A stretch of 64,000 bases of DNA from Blastocladiella emersonii ATCC 22665 (GCA_025594325.1 JANHCV010000001.1:2914001-2978000); one strand, 5' to 3'; positions 11,786-23,629 are shown, counted from the first letter of the stretch. Notes: generated from the sequence alone by a model not told the origin. Numbers and translations are program-made.

Positions 11786-12025
11786 CAGTGGAGCACGTAT
11801 AAGGGAGAGGGAGCCGGTGGAGAGGGAGGCGAGCCTGAGAAAGCTTGCGGGCTGGCTGCCCTGCCGTCGCCGCGCGTGAGCAAGTCCACGGCGACGGCGA
11901 CGGAGGCGGGCCCCGACGCGGTCGCGAGCGACAGGCGGGACGCGTCGCGCGACGATCGAGGCCACGTCACGCTGCATCGCGCCCCCGAGCTTAAGCGGAG
12001 GACTCGTTGCGCGGCGCGACGCAAC

Positions 12026-12044
12026 GTGACTCACCGTGCGTCAC
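12026..12044. promoter_or_regulatory. Gcn4/AP-1 response element (GTGACTCAC) plus an adjacent TGACGCA variant
   Basis: TGACTCA at 12027-12033 and TGCGTCA (reverse complement TGACGCA) at 12037-12043, about 245 nt upstream of the TATA element of the Gcn4-like gene. Confidence 0.55.
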
Positions 12045-12248
12045 TCTGACGGAGAACGGGTCCCTGCCGGAACGCGAATTCCTAAGCTGCGCCACCACCA
12101 CCGCGTCGCCGATCGAGGGCCAGCCCGCCGACTGAGACCATAGTCGTCGCTCCTCAAACCAGTCGTGCGCAGCGAACCGCGTTCTTGTTGGATTCAAAAC
12201 GAGTTTACATGTTTGCTTATACATAACGCGATCTCGCACCAACGCGCC

Positions 12249-15112
12249 TTAGTCGCACAGCGTGTCGCGCGCGTGGTGCGGCGACCGCGCCGACTTGAGC
12301 GTCGTGTCGTCGAACCCGGTCCACGAGAAGCCCGACGCCTGCGACGACCGGCGCGACCGGAACGGCGACGGCGCGTACTCGTGGACGCTCTCGCGGCGCC
12401 CGCCGAGGCCAGACCGCGGGAGGGACCCGCCGCCGAGCGACGCGCTGCGGATCGTCGACGCGTGCGAGATGCGCTTGCGCGCCACGTCCGGGTCGGCCTC
12501 GGCCCACAGCTGGCGGATGTGCGTCGTGGGCGACGTGTTGGCGGCGGCGGCCGACTGCGGGAGGATCGGCGACGCCGAGAACCCGAGCTCGCCGGCAACG
12601 CCCACGGCGGACGACCCAGACCCGGACAGCTGCGAGGTGATTTCGTGGGCGATGGACATGGCCGCGTCGCGGTCGAGGCACACGCGCGGGAAGCACCCGC
12701 GGTCGCCCGACCGCACGTTGATGCCGAGGCACCAGTTGTCCTGGTAGCACTCGAGCACCTGCACGTCGTCGCCGACCTCGAGCCGCACCTCGTCCTCCAT
12801 CTCGGGCACGTACGGAATGTACACGGTCGCAATCGACCCGCTGCCGCCCGGGACTGCCGTCATGGCGCGCGCGGGGGCCATGGTCGGGATCAGCGTCGTG
12901 CTGAGCGACGACTCCGAGTCCCACGACGACGCCGACGACGACGCGAGATCGGACGACATCATGGACGCCCGCGTCACGCCCGTGTCGGGCATCGGCACCA
13001 TCGCCGGGTCGACGCCAAAGTGCAGCGACGCCTCGGACAGCCGGCGGCCCGGCGGGTACGCCGGCACCACGTCCGCGTCCGGCGCGGCCGGCGCGCCGAG
13101 GTCGAGCGTCGAGATCCCGCGGTCGCCGCGCAGACCCTGCTGCTGCATGTTCTGGTGCTGTGCAAACCCACCGCCGCGCGAAGCGGCCGCGACGCCGGGC
13201 ATGGCCATGGGCATCGGCACCAGCGCCGGCGGCATGCTCGACGAGACAAACTGCGGCGACCGCGACCCGGGCGCGCCCTTGCCGCCCGCGGCGAGCGCGT
13301 CCTGGTCCCTGGCCTGCTGCTGGCGGCGGCGGTACATGAACCCGCCGACGGCCGCGAGGATCACGGCGCCCGCCGACACCGTCGACGCGATGGTGATGGT
13401 CGACGAGCTGCTGCCATCGCCGTTGACCGCGGCGGCGCCGGTCGCCGAGGAGCCGGAACCGGTCACGCCGTTGTTGTCGGCTCCGCCCTGCGACGGGGAG
13501 ATGGGCGTGTTGACGACCGACGGATCGGTCCCCGCGGCGTTGGCCTCGCCCGGCCGGTTCGCCGGGTCGGGCTTGGACACGTCCGACTGCACAATCGACT
13601 GCCCCGCGTCCTCGTTCTTGTTGCGGCCGGCGGGCGCGGGCGGGACCGCCGAGGCGGCCGGCGGCGGGATCGCAATGGTCTCGGTGCCGATCACAATCGA
13701 CGCGGGCGGCTTGGGCGGCGGCGTCGCACTCGTGCTGGTACTGCTAGCGGTGGCCGACGGGACGGGGTCGGCCAGGACGGGGAGCGACGGCGCAGGGACT
13801 CCGGAAGCCGAAACAGCGGGCGACGAGGACGAAGCGGAGGTCGCCGAGGTCGAGGTGGAGGAGGTAGCGGCTGGGGGAGGCGCGACGAGGGCGGGCGGGA
13901 AGGGGCTCGAGACTGCGGCCGGCGCAGACGATGTCAATGAGGTAGTAGTAGAACTCGCCGCCGTGGACGCAGGCTCGGGCGCGCCGGGCTCCTTGGGCGA
14001 CGTCGGCGGAGCAACCGGGTCGCGCGGGGCGACCGGGTCCACGATCGCCTTGGGCGGCTCGGGGCGAGGCGACGACGAGGGCGGCGGGGTGATCGGGTTC
14101 ACGGTCGCGGCATCGTTGCGCGGGACCGTCGCGGTCACGGACACGATGCTCGAGGCGGTCGGGACCGGCGACAGGTTCGCGGCGGCCGAGGATGTGGTGG
14201 TGGTGGTGGTCTCGATGGGCGGCGGAGGGCGCGCCGTCACGGTGGCCTGCGCGGGGAGCGAGCTCGAGGATGGACTCGACGGCGGCGCGAGAGCGGCCGC
14301 AGACGAGGTGGTGCTCGTCGTGGTCGTCGTGGTCGTCGAGGTCGTGGTCGTCGACGAAGAGGTGGCCGTGCTCGTCGTGGACGTCGACGATGAAGGCGTC
14401 GCCGAGGCAGACGGCTTGAGCTGTGCCGCAGACGACGACGTCGTCGTCGTCGTGGTCGAGGAACTAGTCGAAACCGCGGTCGTCGAGGACGCCGATGCCG
14501 ATGAGATCCGCGACGCGGCCGAAGCGCTCGTGCTGGCCGAGCTTGTCGGGGACACGGCCGCGGCGGACGACCGGCTCGACGGCGCGGGCTCCTTCGGCTT
14601 GCGCGGAGTCACCGTAGTGGTGGGCGCGGCGGCCGAGGAGGCGGAGATGGTGGCGGTGGCCGAGGCCGAGGACGAAATGGGGGCCGCGGAACTCGAAGCA
14701 GAGGCCGATGGCGCAGCACGAGGGACCGCCTACATTGCATTATTTTTACGCGCCTTGCCGTCAGTTCTCCGCGGTCCGTTCAACCGCCTAGCAAAGATGA
14801 ACGTACCAGATTCGCTGTGCTCGAGGACGATGGAGGAGGATTGGGAGGGGCCTTCTTGCGGTTGGCGACGGCCGTGGCCGTGGTCGCGGTCGTGGTCGCT
14901 GCGGTGGTCGGCACCGCGGCCGCGCGGCTCGCAATCGACGTCGGCGGCGACGATGGCGACACCGAGCTCGGTGCAACGAGCGCCGACGACGAAGCCGTCG
15001 AGATGGCAGCGGCCGTCGACGCACGGCCGGCGGGCGCACCCGAGGCGCCGGCGGCCGGGAGCGTCAGCGTCGCCAGGACGCAGACCAGCAGGGTGACGAG
15101 TTTGTGGGACAT
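12249..15112 (-). CDS. Type I membrane protein: signal peptide, S/T/P-rich mucin-like ectodomain, TM helix, cytoplasmic SH3
   Basis: Signal peptide MSHKLVTLLVCVLATLTLPAAGA; intron 14730-14806 joins the ORF-track frames; TM IASTVSAGAVILAAVGGFMY followed by RRRQ; SH3 YIPYVPEMEDEVRLEVGDDVQVLECYQDNWCLGINVRSGDRGCFPRVCL. Confidence 0.85.
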
Positions 15113-15914
15113 GGCGGTGGCGGGTCTGCACCGACCGACCAGCGGTTGGAGGATGTAGGGCGAAGCGAGACGATGCGGTGGTCCGTCCGGCGGACGAGTG
15201 GGGGCAGGATGGTACAGGGGGAAGCGGGGCGGAGAAGACGATGCGCGCAATCCCAAGGCCAGCTCGGGACAGGTGGGGAGAGCGAGCGTCGGGGCGGGTG
15301 CGGCGAGCAAGTCGATGCGATGCTGTCGTTGTTACGAGGCACGATGTCGGGGTCGGGGGCGAGGGCGGGCGGGTAGCGGCTGGACGCGGCAGGCGAGCGA
15401 GGACGAGACGCCAGCCGGTGGCGTCGTCAGTGTCGACGGCGAGGCGTGAGGACTGCAGGAGCGATGCAGAGCGGGAAGGTGGAAGGAGAAGAGGACGACG
15501 ACGAGGTCGAAGAGGTCGAGGACAACGAACGCCGCGGCGCCGACGACGTCAGGGCTGCTGCGGCTTGGCCGGAGGGCTTGACCAGCAGCCCCCGCCACCA
15601 TTGATTCTGTGATTCGTGGCGTCCATCGGCACTCGAGCCGCACGTCCGCGCTCGCGCGCGTCGTCGCCCAAGAGAGAGGCGGGAACGCGGGTATGGGAAG
15701 CTGGGCTGACATCGCGACGGGGGCCGTCGCCGTCCATCGCCGCGCGGCCGGCCCTCACAAACGCGCGAGTACCTGGCCGTGAATGCAGGGATCGCCGGGT
15801 GTGCATCGCAGCGGTGGCAGTGCGGGTGCGAGTCTCACGGGGAGCTCAGGGTACGCGCAAGGGCGAAAAGTGATCCAGAACTGTGTGTATTCAGCGTAAG
15901 CGCGCGCGTCGAGA

Positions 15915-17440
15915 TCAAGAGGCGTCGCGGTCGAGGCCCCAGGAGCAGAACCGGCCGTCATCACTACGAGTGCGCGAGCGAGGTCAGTCAGGATCGGGGA
16001 GGTTTGTACAGAGCAGATCACGGCGTACCCGAACGCGAGGATCGAGGGCGACGTGTGGCCGGCCGCGACGCGGACCGTGGGCACCTGCGGGGAGACGCCG
16101 TCAAAGTGTTCGACGGTGTTGCCCGTGATGGCATCCCACGCAACGACGCGGTCCTTTTCGTCGGTGGCGATGATGTGCTGCTCGTCCCACGAGAAGCAGG
16201 CCTGCGGGCCGGGGGCGAGCGTGGTGGCGGGGCCCGAGCGCGGGACGAGGGTGTGGCCGCGCGACGCGCCGTAGTAGGCCTTGCGGGTGCGACCGCTGCT
16301 GGCCTCCCACAGGCGCACGGTGCCGTCGGTGCCGCCGGTCAGGACGTAGGCACCCGATTTCGACCAGGCGAGCGAGGTGACGCGCTGGCCGTTGTGGGCA
16401 GCCTTCCACGTCGCGGTGCACTTGCCCGAGGTGGCGTCCCACAGGCGGACGGCGCCGTCGGCCGAGGCGGTGGCGGCGAGGCGGCCGTCGGCGGCGATGC
16501 GGACCGAGGTGATGGCGTTGCCGACGCCGCCGACATTGTCGTCGCTGGAGCCGGGCGAGGCGAGGAAGCACTTGAAGGTCTGGATGTCGTACATGCGCAG
16601 TGCGGCGTGGGCGGTGCCGGCGAGGATGAACTGGCCGCCCGGGTGGAAGGCGATTGAGTAGACGGGGTAGCTGTCGCTAACGTAGCGGAACGACTTGCGC
16701 GAGGCGGTCTTGGCCACGTCGTAGAGGCGGATCTGGTGGTCCTCGGAGCACGAGGCGAGGATCATGTTGCTCGGGTGGAACGACAGATCGTGCACGACGC
16801 CGCCCGTCTCGACGAGCGACTTGAACACGGGACCGTCCTCGTACTCGCCGGGCACAGCGCCCCGCTGCGCGTACTCGGAGCCGCGCGCGCGGTGGCGGCC
16901 GGTCGCCGTGTCGAGCAGCACGTCCACGTCCATGACGCGGATGGTGGCGTCAAAGGCGGAGGTGGCGACAAACTTGCCGTCCCAGCTGTACACGGCCGAG
17001 GTGAGCGGGCCCGAGTGCTTGCCGGCGAACCCGGGCGAGTACTTTGGGAAGGGCACGCTGCCCGCGCCCTCTGGCCTTGGCTCCTCGGGGAACACGAGGT
17101 GCTTACCGTACAAGGGTGCGTCGTCCGAGCCGGGGACGGAATCGAGCCCCGGCTCGCCCTTGATGGCAACGGCGGCGGCGGGGCGGAGCGACTCGAGCGG
17201 CTGATCCGCAATGGGCATGGCGACGGTCGCGTTGGCAATGGCGGCGGCGGCGTCGGAGGCGAGCATGTACTCGCCGTCCTCGACGCGCTTGCCGAGGGCC
17301 AGCAGCTCGGCCAGCCGCGGCGAGGGGTCGAGCGAGTAGTCGCTGAGCCCCGTGGCGGTGGCCACGACCTGGGCGATCGACGCGTGGTCGTACTCCTGCA
17401 GCTGCGCGACGATCAGCTGGAGCACGTCGTCGCGGTCCAT
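15915..17440 (-). CDS. CSTF1: Cleavage stimulation factor 50 kDa subunit (CstF-50), WD40 protein
   Basis: N-terminal dimerisation motif DVLQLIVAQLQEYDHASIAQ...PSPRLAELL; WD40 repeats (HSGPLTSAVYSWDGKFVATSAFDATIRVMD; TYMRLYDI-like ALRMYDIQTFKCF). Intron 15964-16028 gives the terminal LAFGDDGRFCSW. Confidence 0.85.
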
Positions 17441-18287
17441 GGTGTTGATTCGTTGCACGGAGTCTAGCGGGATGCGGAATCGTCGCAAGGTGAGGGTCGA
17501 GAGCCGTGACGGCGGCGGACGCGACGGGGACGCGCCAACGCAAGGGCAAGCGGCGCGGCGATCGCGCACGTGATGCGAAACGCGGATCTGTGGCGCACGC
17601 TTCCTGCGTTTCAGCGCAGGTGGCTTCCGCCGAACCGCTCCACTCGCTGCTGCGACCGACGGTCCCGAGTGCCGTCGACGCCGCCGACCGCGCTGCTCGC
17701 CCGCACAACTTTTCGCTATACAACTAGACGCGCAACTCGCCGCACTCGGACCGCCCGTCGCCCCTCCTCGCGACCACGGACTCTGCGCAACTCGCTCGGC
17801 GACCCTCGACTCGTCGCTTGCGCCGCCGCGACCGCCGCCACGGACCACTGAACTGGCACTCATTGGTGGGCCCACCACCTCCACCGCCGCTTGGTCGCAA
17901 AGCCCGGCCCCTCGTACTCCGCTGCTGTCACAACTCGACCGCTTGCGAGCGTGCGCCCATCGTTGCGCCCTCCCCGCGGCCCGGTCGGCCTCAGCACCCT
18001 CGCACTCGCCCGCGCCCATCCCGCAGCCGTGACTGCGCTCCGCCGCGCCGCTCATCTCCTCCCCGACCGTCGGCTTCCAATCTGGCCCGCTCGCTGCCGA
18101 TGCTCCATCGTCTGCTGCGCGCTTGAACCGTCGTCCTGATCCTGTCTGCGCCTGCGCCCGCGACTGCCCGCCTGCCGTCGCTGCGCCCATCGCGGACCCT
18201 CGCTCCTCTCTCCATTCGACCTCTTCCATAGACCTTAGACTCGCCCGCGTACTCTTTCTCCTCCCACTCCCTCCCTCCCCTCAAACC

Positions 18288-20213
18288 ATGGCCGCCCGCT
18301 CCCGACTCGCACCACGGGTCCTCGCCGGCGCCCTCGTGCTCGTGCTCCTCGTCGCCGTCGCCCCCGCACCCTCGACCGCCGCGTGTGTCTCGCTGCAGGG
18401 GTCCAAGACGTGCCCCGGCTACCCGGTCGGCGTCGGCGTCGACTCCAACATGACCTGGGTCCTCGCCAAGATCGGCAACTACTTCAACAAGCTGCCGCCA
18501 AACACCCCCGCCGAGGACATCCACAAGGTCTCCATCGCCAACGTCCAGGACTTTGACCGCGTCATGACCGACATCGTGCCCAAGCTGCCCGTCGCCCCGC
18601 TCTTCTCCGGGTGCAACGTGCCGCGCGACTACCTCGTACGACTGCTCGCCCATTCTCGCGGTACTCCGACCCGCTGCTCACCCATCACACATCCCATCGC
18701 GTAGCGCTACTACAACGCCTTTGTCTGCACGTGGATCGTCCAGGCCTCGTCGGGCACCTGCACCGGCAACAACGTCCCGGCCACCGTCATGTGCCGCGAC
18801 TCGACCGTCGGCTTCTTCCAGAGCATCGCCGCCGCCCTCAACTCGTCCGCCATCTGCCCCGGCATCGACCCCGTCCGCTCCGCCGCCGTCTACAACGCCA
18901 CCAACGTGCTCATGGCCCCCTACGTCACCCCCAACAAGAACTCGGTCAGCGAGTTCTACAACGGCCAGCCGGGCGCCTGCTCCACGGGGGAGCTGATCCA
19001 GGCCAGCACCACCTGCGGCTACGGCTCCGAGGACGCCGCCTGCGACGCCGGCTGCGTCTCGGCCTCGTGCAGCGCGCTCTCTACGGGCGCCATCATCGGC
19101 ATCGTCATCGCCGCTATCGTCATCGTGGCCGGCCTCGCCGCCGCCGCCTTCTTCTACCTCCGCCGCCAGCGCGACGCACGCGACGGGAAGCTCGGCATGA
19201 ACCGCGGCGCACCCTACGGCGGCCAAATGTACCAGCAGAACAACTCGGCACCGCGCCTCGATGTCCCGATTCCCGACTCGCCCCTTGTCCAGACCCCCAT
19301 GATGAACCGTTTCGGCCGCCAGTCCTTTATTCCCGGCCAGCACCAGCAGCAGCTCCCGCCCAACGCGGCCCAGATCCCGGCCCTGCAGGCCTACGGCAAC
19401 CTGTCCGGCAAGGCGTCCAACCTCTCGGCCAACGGGTCCAGCAACAACGCTGCCGGCCAGGGGCCCACGCCGCAACAGTTCAGCCAGCTCGAGTCCTACT
19501 ACTCGATCATGGGCGCCATGCCCAACCAGCAGCAGCAGCAGCAGCAGCAGTACCAGGCCCCCGCTGCCCTCAACATGCCGCCGATCCCGCCCGAGCCACC
19601 AGCAACCACGGCGGCGGCCACGTCGCGCGGCAACAAGACGCTGTCGACGGCCACGGGGCTCACCGCCATGGACCCGCGGTCCGCCGTCGACATGCTGTCG
19701 GCGCTCGTGCGCGATGACCCGACCATGTCGCGGTCCGCAACACCGCCAGGGCTCAGCAGCGGCGCGGGGAACCGGACCACGGTCAACACGGAGCCGATGC
19801 ACGCGCTGCAGCGCATGGTCAACTCGCAGACGCCGCCGCCATCGTTGCCGCCGTCGCAGCCCGCGAGCATGCCGCTGCCGCCGCCGTCGGACCCGCCCAC
19901 GACGGCCAAGTCGATTCCGTCGTCCATCAAGGGCAACGTCATGACCGTGTCGGCGCACTTTGAGCCCGACCTCTCGGACGAGCTCGCCGTCACGGTCGGC
20001 GACCGCGTGCGCATCCTCAAGGTGTTCGACGACGACTGGGTCCTGGTCGGCCTGCTGTCGCCGTACGACGAGGTGCTCGCCAAGGGCATGGTCCCGCTGT
20101 GCGTCTTCGAGGAGTTTGCCAGCGCGCGCGCCATGTCCGTCGTCAGCGGGACTGCCTCGGCCATCTCGGAGCTCCCGCTGCGACGCATGTCCGCGCACTA
20201 CAACTTCAAGTAG
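18288..20213 (+). CDS. Type I membrane protein: signal peptide, 12-Cys ectodomain, TM helix, cytoplasmic SH3
   Basis: Signal peptide ...VLAGALVLVLLVAVAP; intron 18636-18704; TM AIIGIVIAAIVIVAGLAAAAFFYL followed by RRQR; SH3 VSAHFEPDLSDELAVTVGDRVRILKVFDDDWVLV...GMVPLCVF. Confidence 0.85.
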
Positions 20214-20362
20214 TTTGCGTCGTACCCGACCCTTTTTGTGATCTGTCCGTCCCACTCTCCATAGAGCACCCCCGTGCCACCGTGTGTATTCCCCTCCCCT
20301 CCTCTCTATTGCACCGTTTTGATTGCGCTCCCTCGACCCGAATGTATTTTACTTTCTCATCA

Positions 20363-22067
20363 TCACTCGTCGTCGTCGTCCTCGCCGCCAGCGATCGCGT
20401 CGTGCTCATCGTCGTCGTCCATGCCGAGATCGAGGTCCATCTCGCCCTCGTCCGCGACCACGGGCGCCGGCTCCTCCTGTGCGGGCTCGTCCACGGGCGC
20501 TTCGCGCGCGGCCTCGTCGTCGACGGGCACTGGAGCCGCACCGTCCGCGGATCCCGCCACGCCCATCCCCTGGGCCAGTCCGACGTAGTCGTTCCAGCGC
20601 ACGCCGTTGGTGTTGATCACATTCTCGACGCCAATGAGGTCCGCGAACGCCTGCGTCTGCGGGTTCCACTGCGGCCGGGCGGCGAGGTCGAACATGGGCC
20701 CAAGGCGGCCGTCGCCGACGTGGAGGGGCCCCGTGGGCACGAACGCGGCGGGGTCAATGACGAGCGCCTGGTCGTGCGGCCCGTGGAACTTGGCGTCGAG
20801 CTCAGCGCGCGCGGCAGCCACGCACGCGTACAGGTCGGGCCAGTTGTACTCTGCGCGCGGCGGCGGGTTGCGCTCGCGCACGCGCGGGACCGGGCCGAGC
20901 GGCAGCGGGTGCGTCGCCTTGACGACGGCGAGCCAGTCGAGGTCATGCCGCAGCGGGCCCGTCTGGTGGCCCGGCAGGTCGACGAAGTGGATGAAGTGCC
21001 GCCGCTGCATGCACTTGTCGAGGGCCAGGAACCGCGTGCTCCGCGCCGGGTCCGTCGTGTGCGGGTCCACGACGCTGCGGTCGAAGGACTCGATCTTGGG
21101 CGTGTGCCGGAACCACGACACGTCGCCCGGCGGGTCCTGCGACTGCGACGACGGACGTGGGGTCTCCGGGTGCGGGACGAGCGCCGCGAAGGCGACGTGC
21201 AGGTGGCCCGAGAACCAGTACGACGGACGGTGGTGGTGCAGCAGGTGCTCCATGGGCGGCGAGCCGAGCTTGGATGTGTTGATCTGTGGGGGCCGACGGG
21301 TTAGTACGCATGTGATGGGCGTGGGGTGGAGTAGCGCGTACGTCTTCAACGAAGAACGGCTTCTCGCGCTTGAGCCGCTGCACGTCGCCGTACGCGGCAA
21401 TGTTGCGCGGCCAGTCGTGCGACAGGAAAATGTCGATGGGCTTGTTGTACTACACGCGGGCGACGCGACGTCAGCACTGTCCAACTGTCACGGACTCTCC
21501 CCACGCGCGCGGACCAGCGTCATCTGCATGACCTCGTGCATGCGGACGTGGTAGATGGTGCGCAGGTCGTTGTCGTTGTATGGCGCGACCTCAAAGTGCG
21601 GCTTGACGTAGTCGTGCGGCTTCCAGATCCCGCTCATGCCGGCGATCCTGAGGGTGCCGACGTTGACGACGCCGGCCAGACCCAAAAAGTAGATGTTGGG
21701 CGCGACCCACCCGCCGTGGTACAGCTCCCACATGAACGCCGACGACTCGTGGTTCCCGCCAATGAAGATGGTCAGGTACGGCGCCTCCTTCTGCCGCGAG
21801 TAGTACTGGTGGAAGTCGGCCATCTTCTGGTACTTTTTCGGCACGCTCAGGTTCGACAGGTCGGCCTCGTTGCGCACGGCCTACGTCGAGGGCGAGTCGG
21901 TGAGGCTACTCTTCGCTTCGCTGTTTGCGCGCTCGCAGGAGTACCTGGAAGTCGCCGCAGATGATGACCAGGTCCACGGGAATCTTGGTCTCAACCTCGC
22001 TCGCGCGGACCGTGTCGTAGATCGAGTCCAGCAGCCCGTGGCCGCATCCGATGACGGCGACGCGCAT
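20363..22067 (-). CDS. DBR1: RNA lariat debranching enzyme (multi-exon)
   Basis: [66 protein letters not shown]; acidic C-terminal tail. Confidence 0.95.
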
Positions 22068-22346
22068 TTTGGCCGAATCAGGCAGCGAGGAGCGCCGTCC
22101 CGTCAGCGTCATTTGCGCGGGGACCAGCGGGAAGTTGGATGTGCTCATGGTCGTGGTAAGGTTGCATCAAGTTTGCATTCGATACATTGGTGGTCGTCGT
22201 CAAGTCGGGAGCGCGCGACTCGAGAGGGATCAGCGCGTCCGACGGCGTGACCGCGTTGCTCTCGTCGGCCGACTCGCGGCTCACGGCTCTCCACTTCCTG
22301 CTTCCCAAGTGCCGAAACAGCTTTCGATTGATCCCAACTAGCACGC

Positions 22347-23371
22347 TCATGCCTCGGGCTGGCAGTTGAACTTGAATCGGCTCAGGTTGTGCGGGATCGC
22401 GCTGAGCTGGTTGCCGAACCGCGCCGAGTTTTCGGACAGCTCGAACAGCGGCACGGCCATGAGCCGCAGGTTCCGCGGGATCCACAGGGTCTCTAAGCGA
22501 GAGGGGACGCGTGGGAGCGAGTGAGTTCAGGGTTTCTTCGGTGCGGGAGAGAGCCGGGTCGGCGTACTCTGTGGCGGGATCGTGACGAGGAAAACCTTCT
22601 TGTTCTCCTTGGGCCGCGTGATGTGTGCGGGGCAGTACGGGTACTAGTCGAGCGAGCGAGTGGTCAGACCGCGCGAGTACTGAAGCAAGCGAGGGAAGCC
22701 GTACCAGGAACGTCTCGTAGTTGGGCCGCCACCACTGCGCGACCACGTCCGAGATCTCCCAGTCGTCGGGCGACTCGTAAATGGGCTCGCCCGTGCCCGC
22801 GTCGGTGCCCGTGACGCGCGACAGCTGCTTGTTGAGGCGAGCCTTGAGCCCCTCGACCACGTCCTCGCCCGGCTTGAGGTAGTCGCCCGGCCTACACCAT
22901 GGCGGAGGTGTTAGTGGGGCTCCGCGTGAATAAGAGCCAGCGTCGTACAGCTTGAAGAAGGCGTTAGCGACCTGCAGCATCAGGACGTGCGGGTGGTTGT
23001 GGATGTGGACGACGATCGCGGCCTCGACCGTCTGCCGCATCCCCATGGTCTCGTAGTGCCGCTGCAGACGCTCGAGGCGCGCAGGGACACTCGAGTCCTC
23101 CTCGTGCTGGTCCTCTTTCTGCGCGAAAGTGTAGCTGGCTACGAGACGAGGCGCGCGCGTGAGCCCTCCGCTGCGCGACGCTCATGGATACAGCACTCGC
23201 GACGTACACAACGGATGGCTAGATGGTACAGCGCCCAACGTGACGGCATGATCTAGTTAGTCGGACATGGGTTCATGACAGCGTGCCGCTGTGTCGCGGT
23301 CCTCGCCGCGACGTCCGAGTTTCGCACGCAAACCGGACTGCTTACAGGGTGATTTCCTTCTCGTGGCTCAT
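22347..23371 (-). CDS. NUDT21: Cleavage factor Im 25 kDa subunit (CFIm25, Nudix fold), multi-exon with an 11-nt microexon
   Basis: Spliced MSHEKEITL-HPLS-SYTFAQKEDQHEEDSSVPARLERLQRHYETMGMRQTVEAAIVVHIHNHPHVLMLQ...WWRPNYET...AVPLFELSENSARFGNQLSAIPHNLSRF. Confidence 0.92.
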
Positions 23372-23629
23372 CTCGGCATAAGTTTCTGCAAGTTAAGTCG
23401 TCTTGATCGACAGTTTCATGCTCTAGAACGCGGTGAAGGGAGAGGGAGGAGGCAGATCTCGGCCTGGTCGCGCGACCACCGACCTCGCGCCGACCCGCAC
23501 GACTTCTCCGACCATCGCGGCCCCGAGCCCCACGGCCGTAACCATCACCCTCAGGAACAAGTCAGCGGAGCAAGAGAGTCATTAAGGTAATAATATAATC
23601 TACAGCTAGCGAGTAGCACAGCGAGTCGA

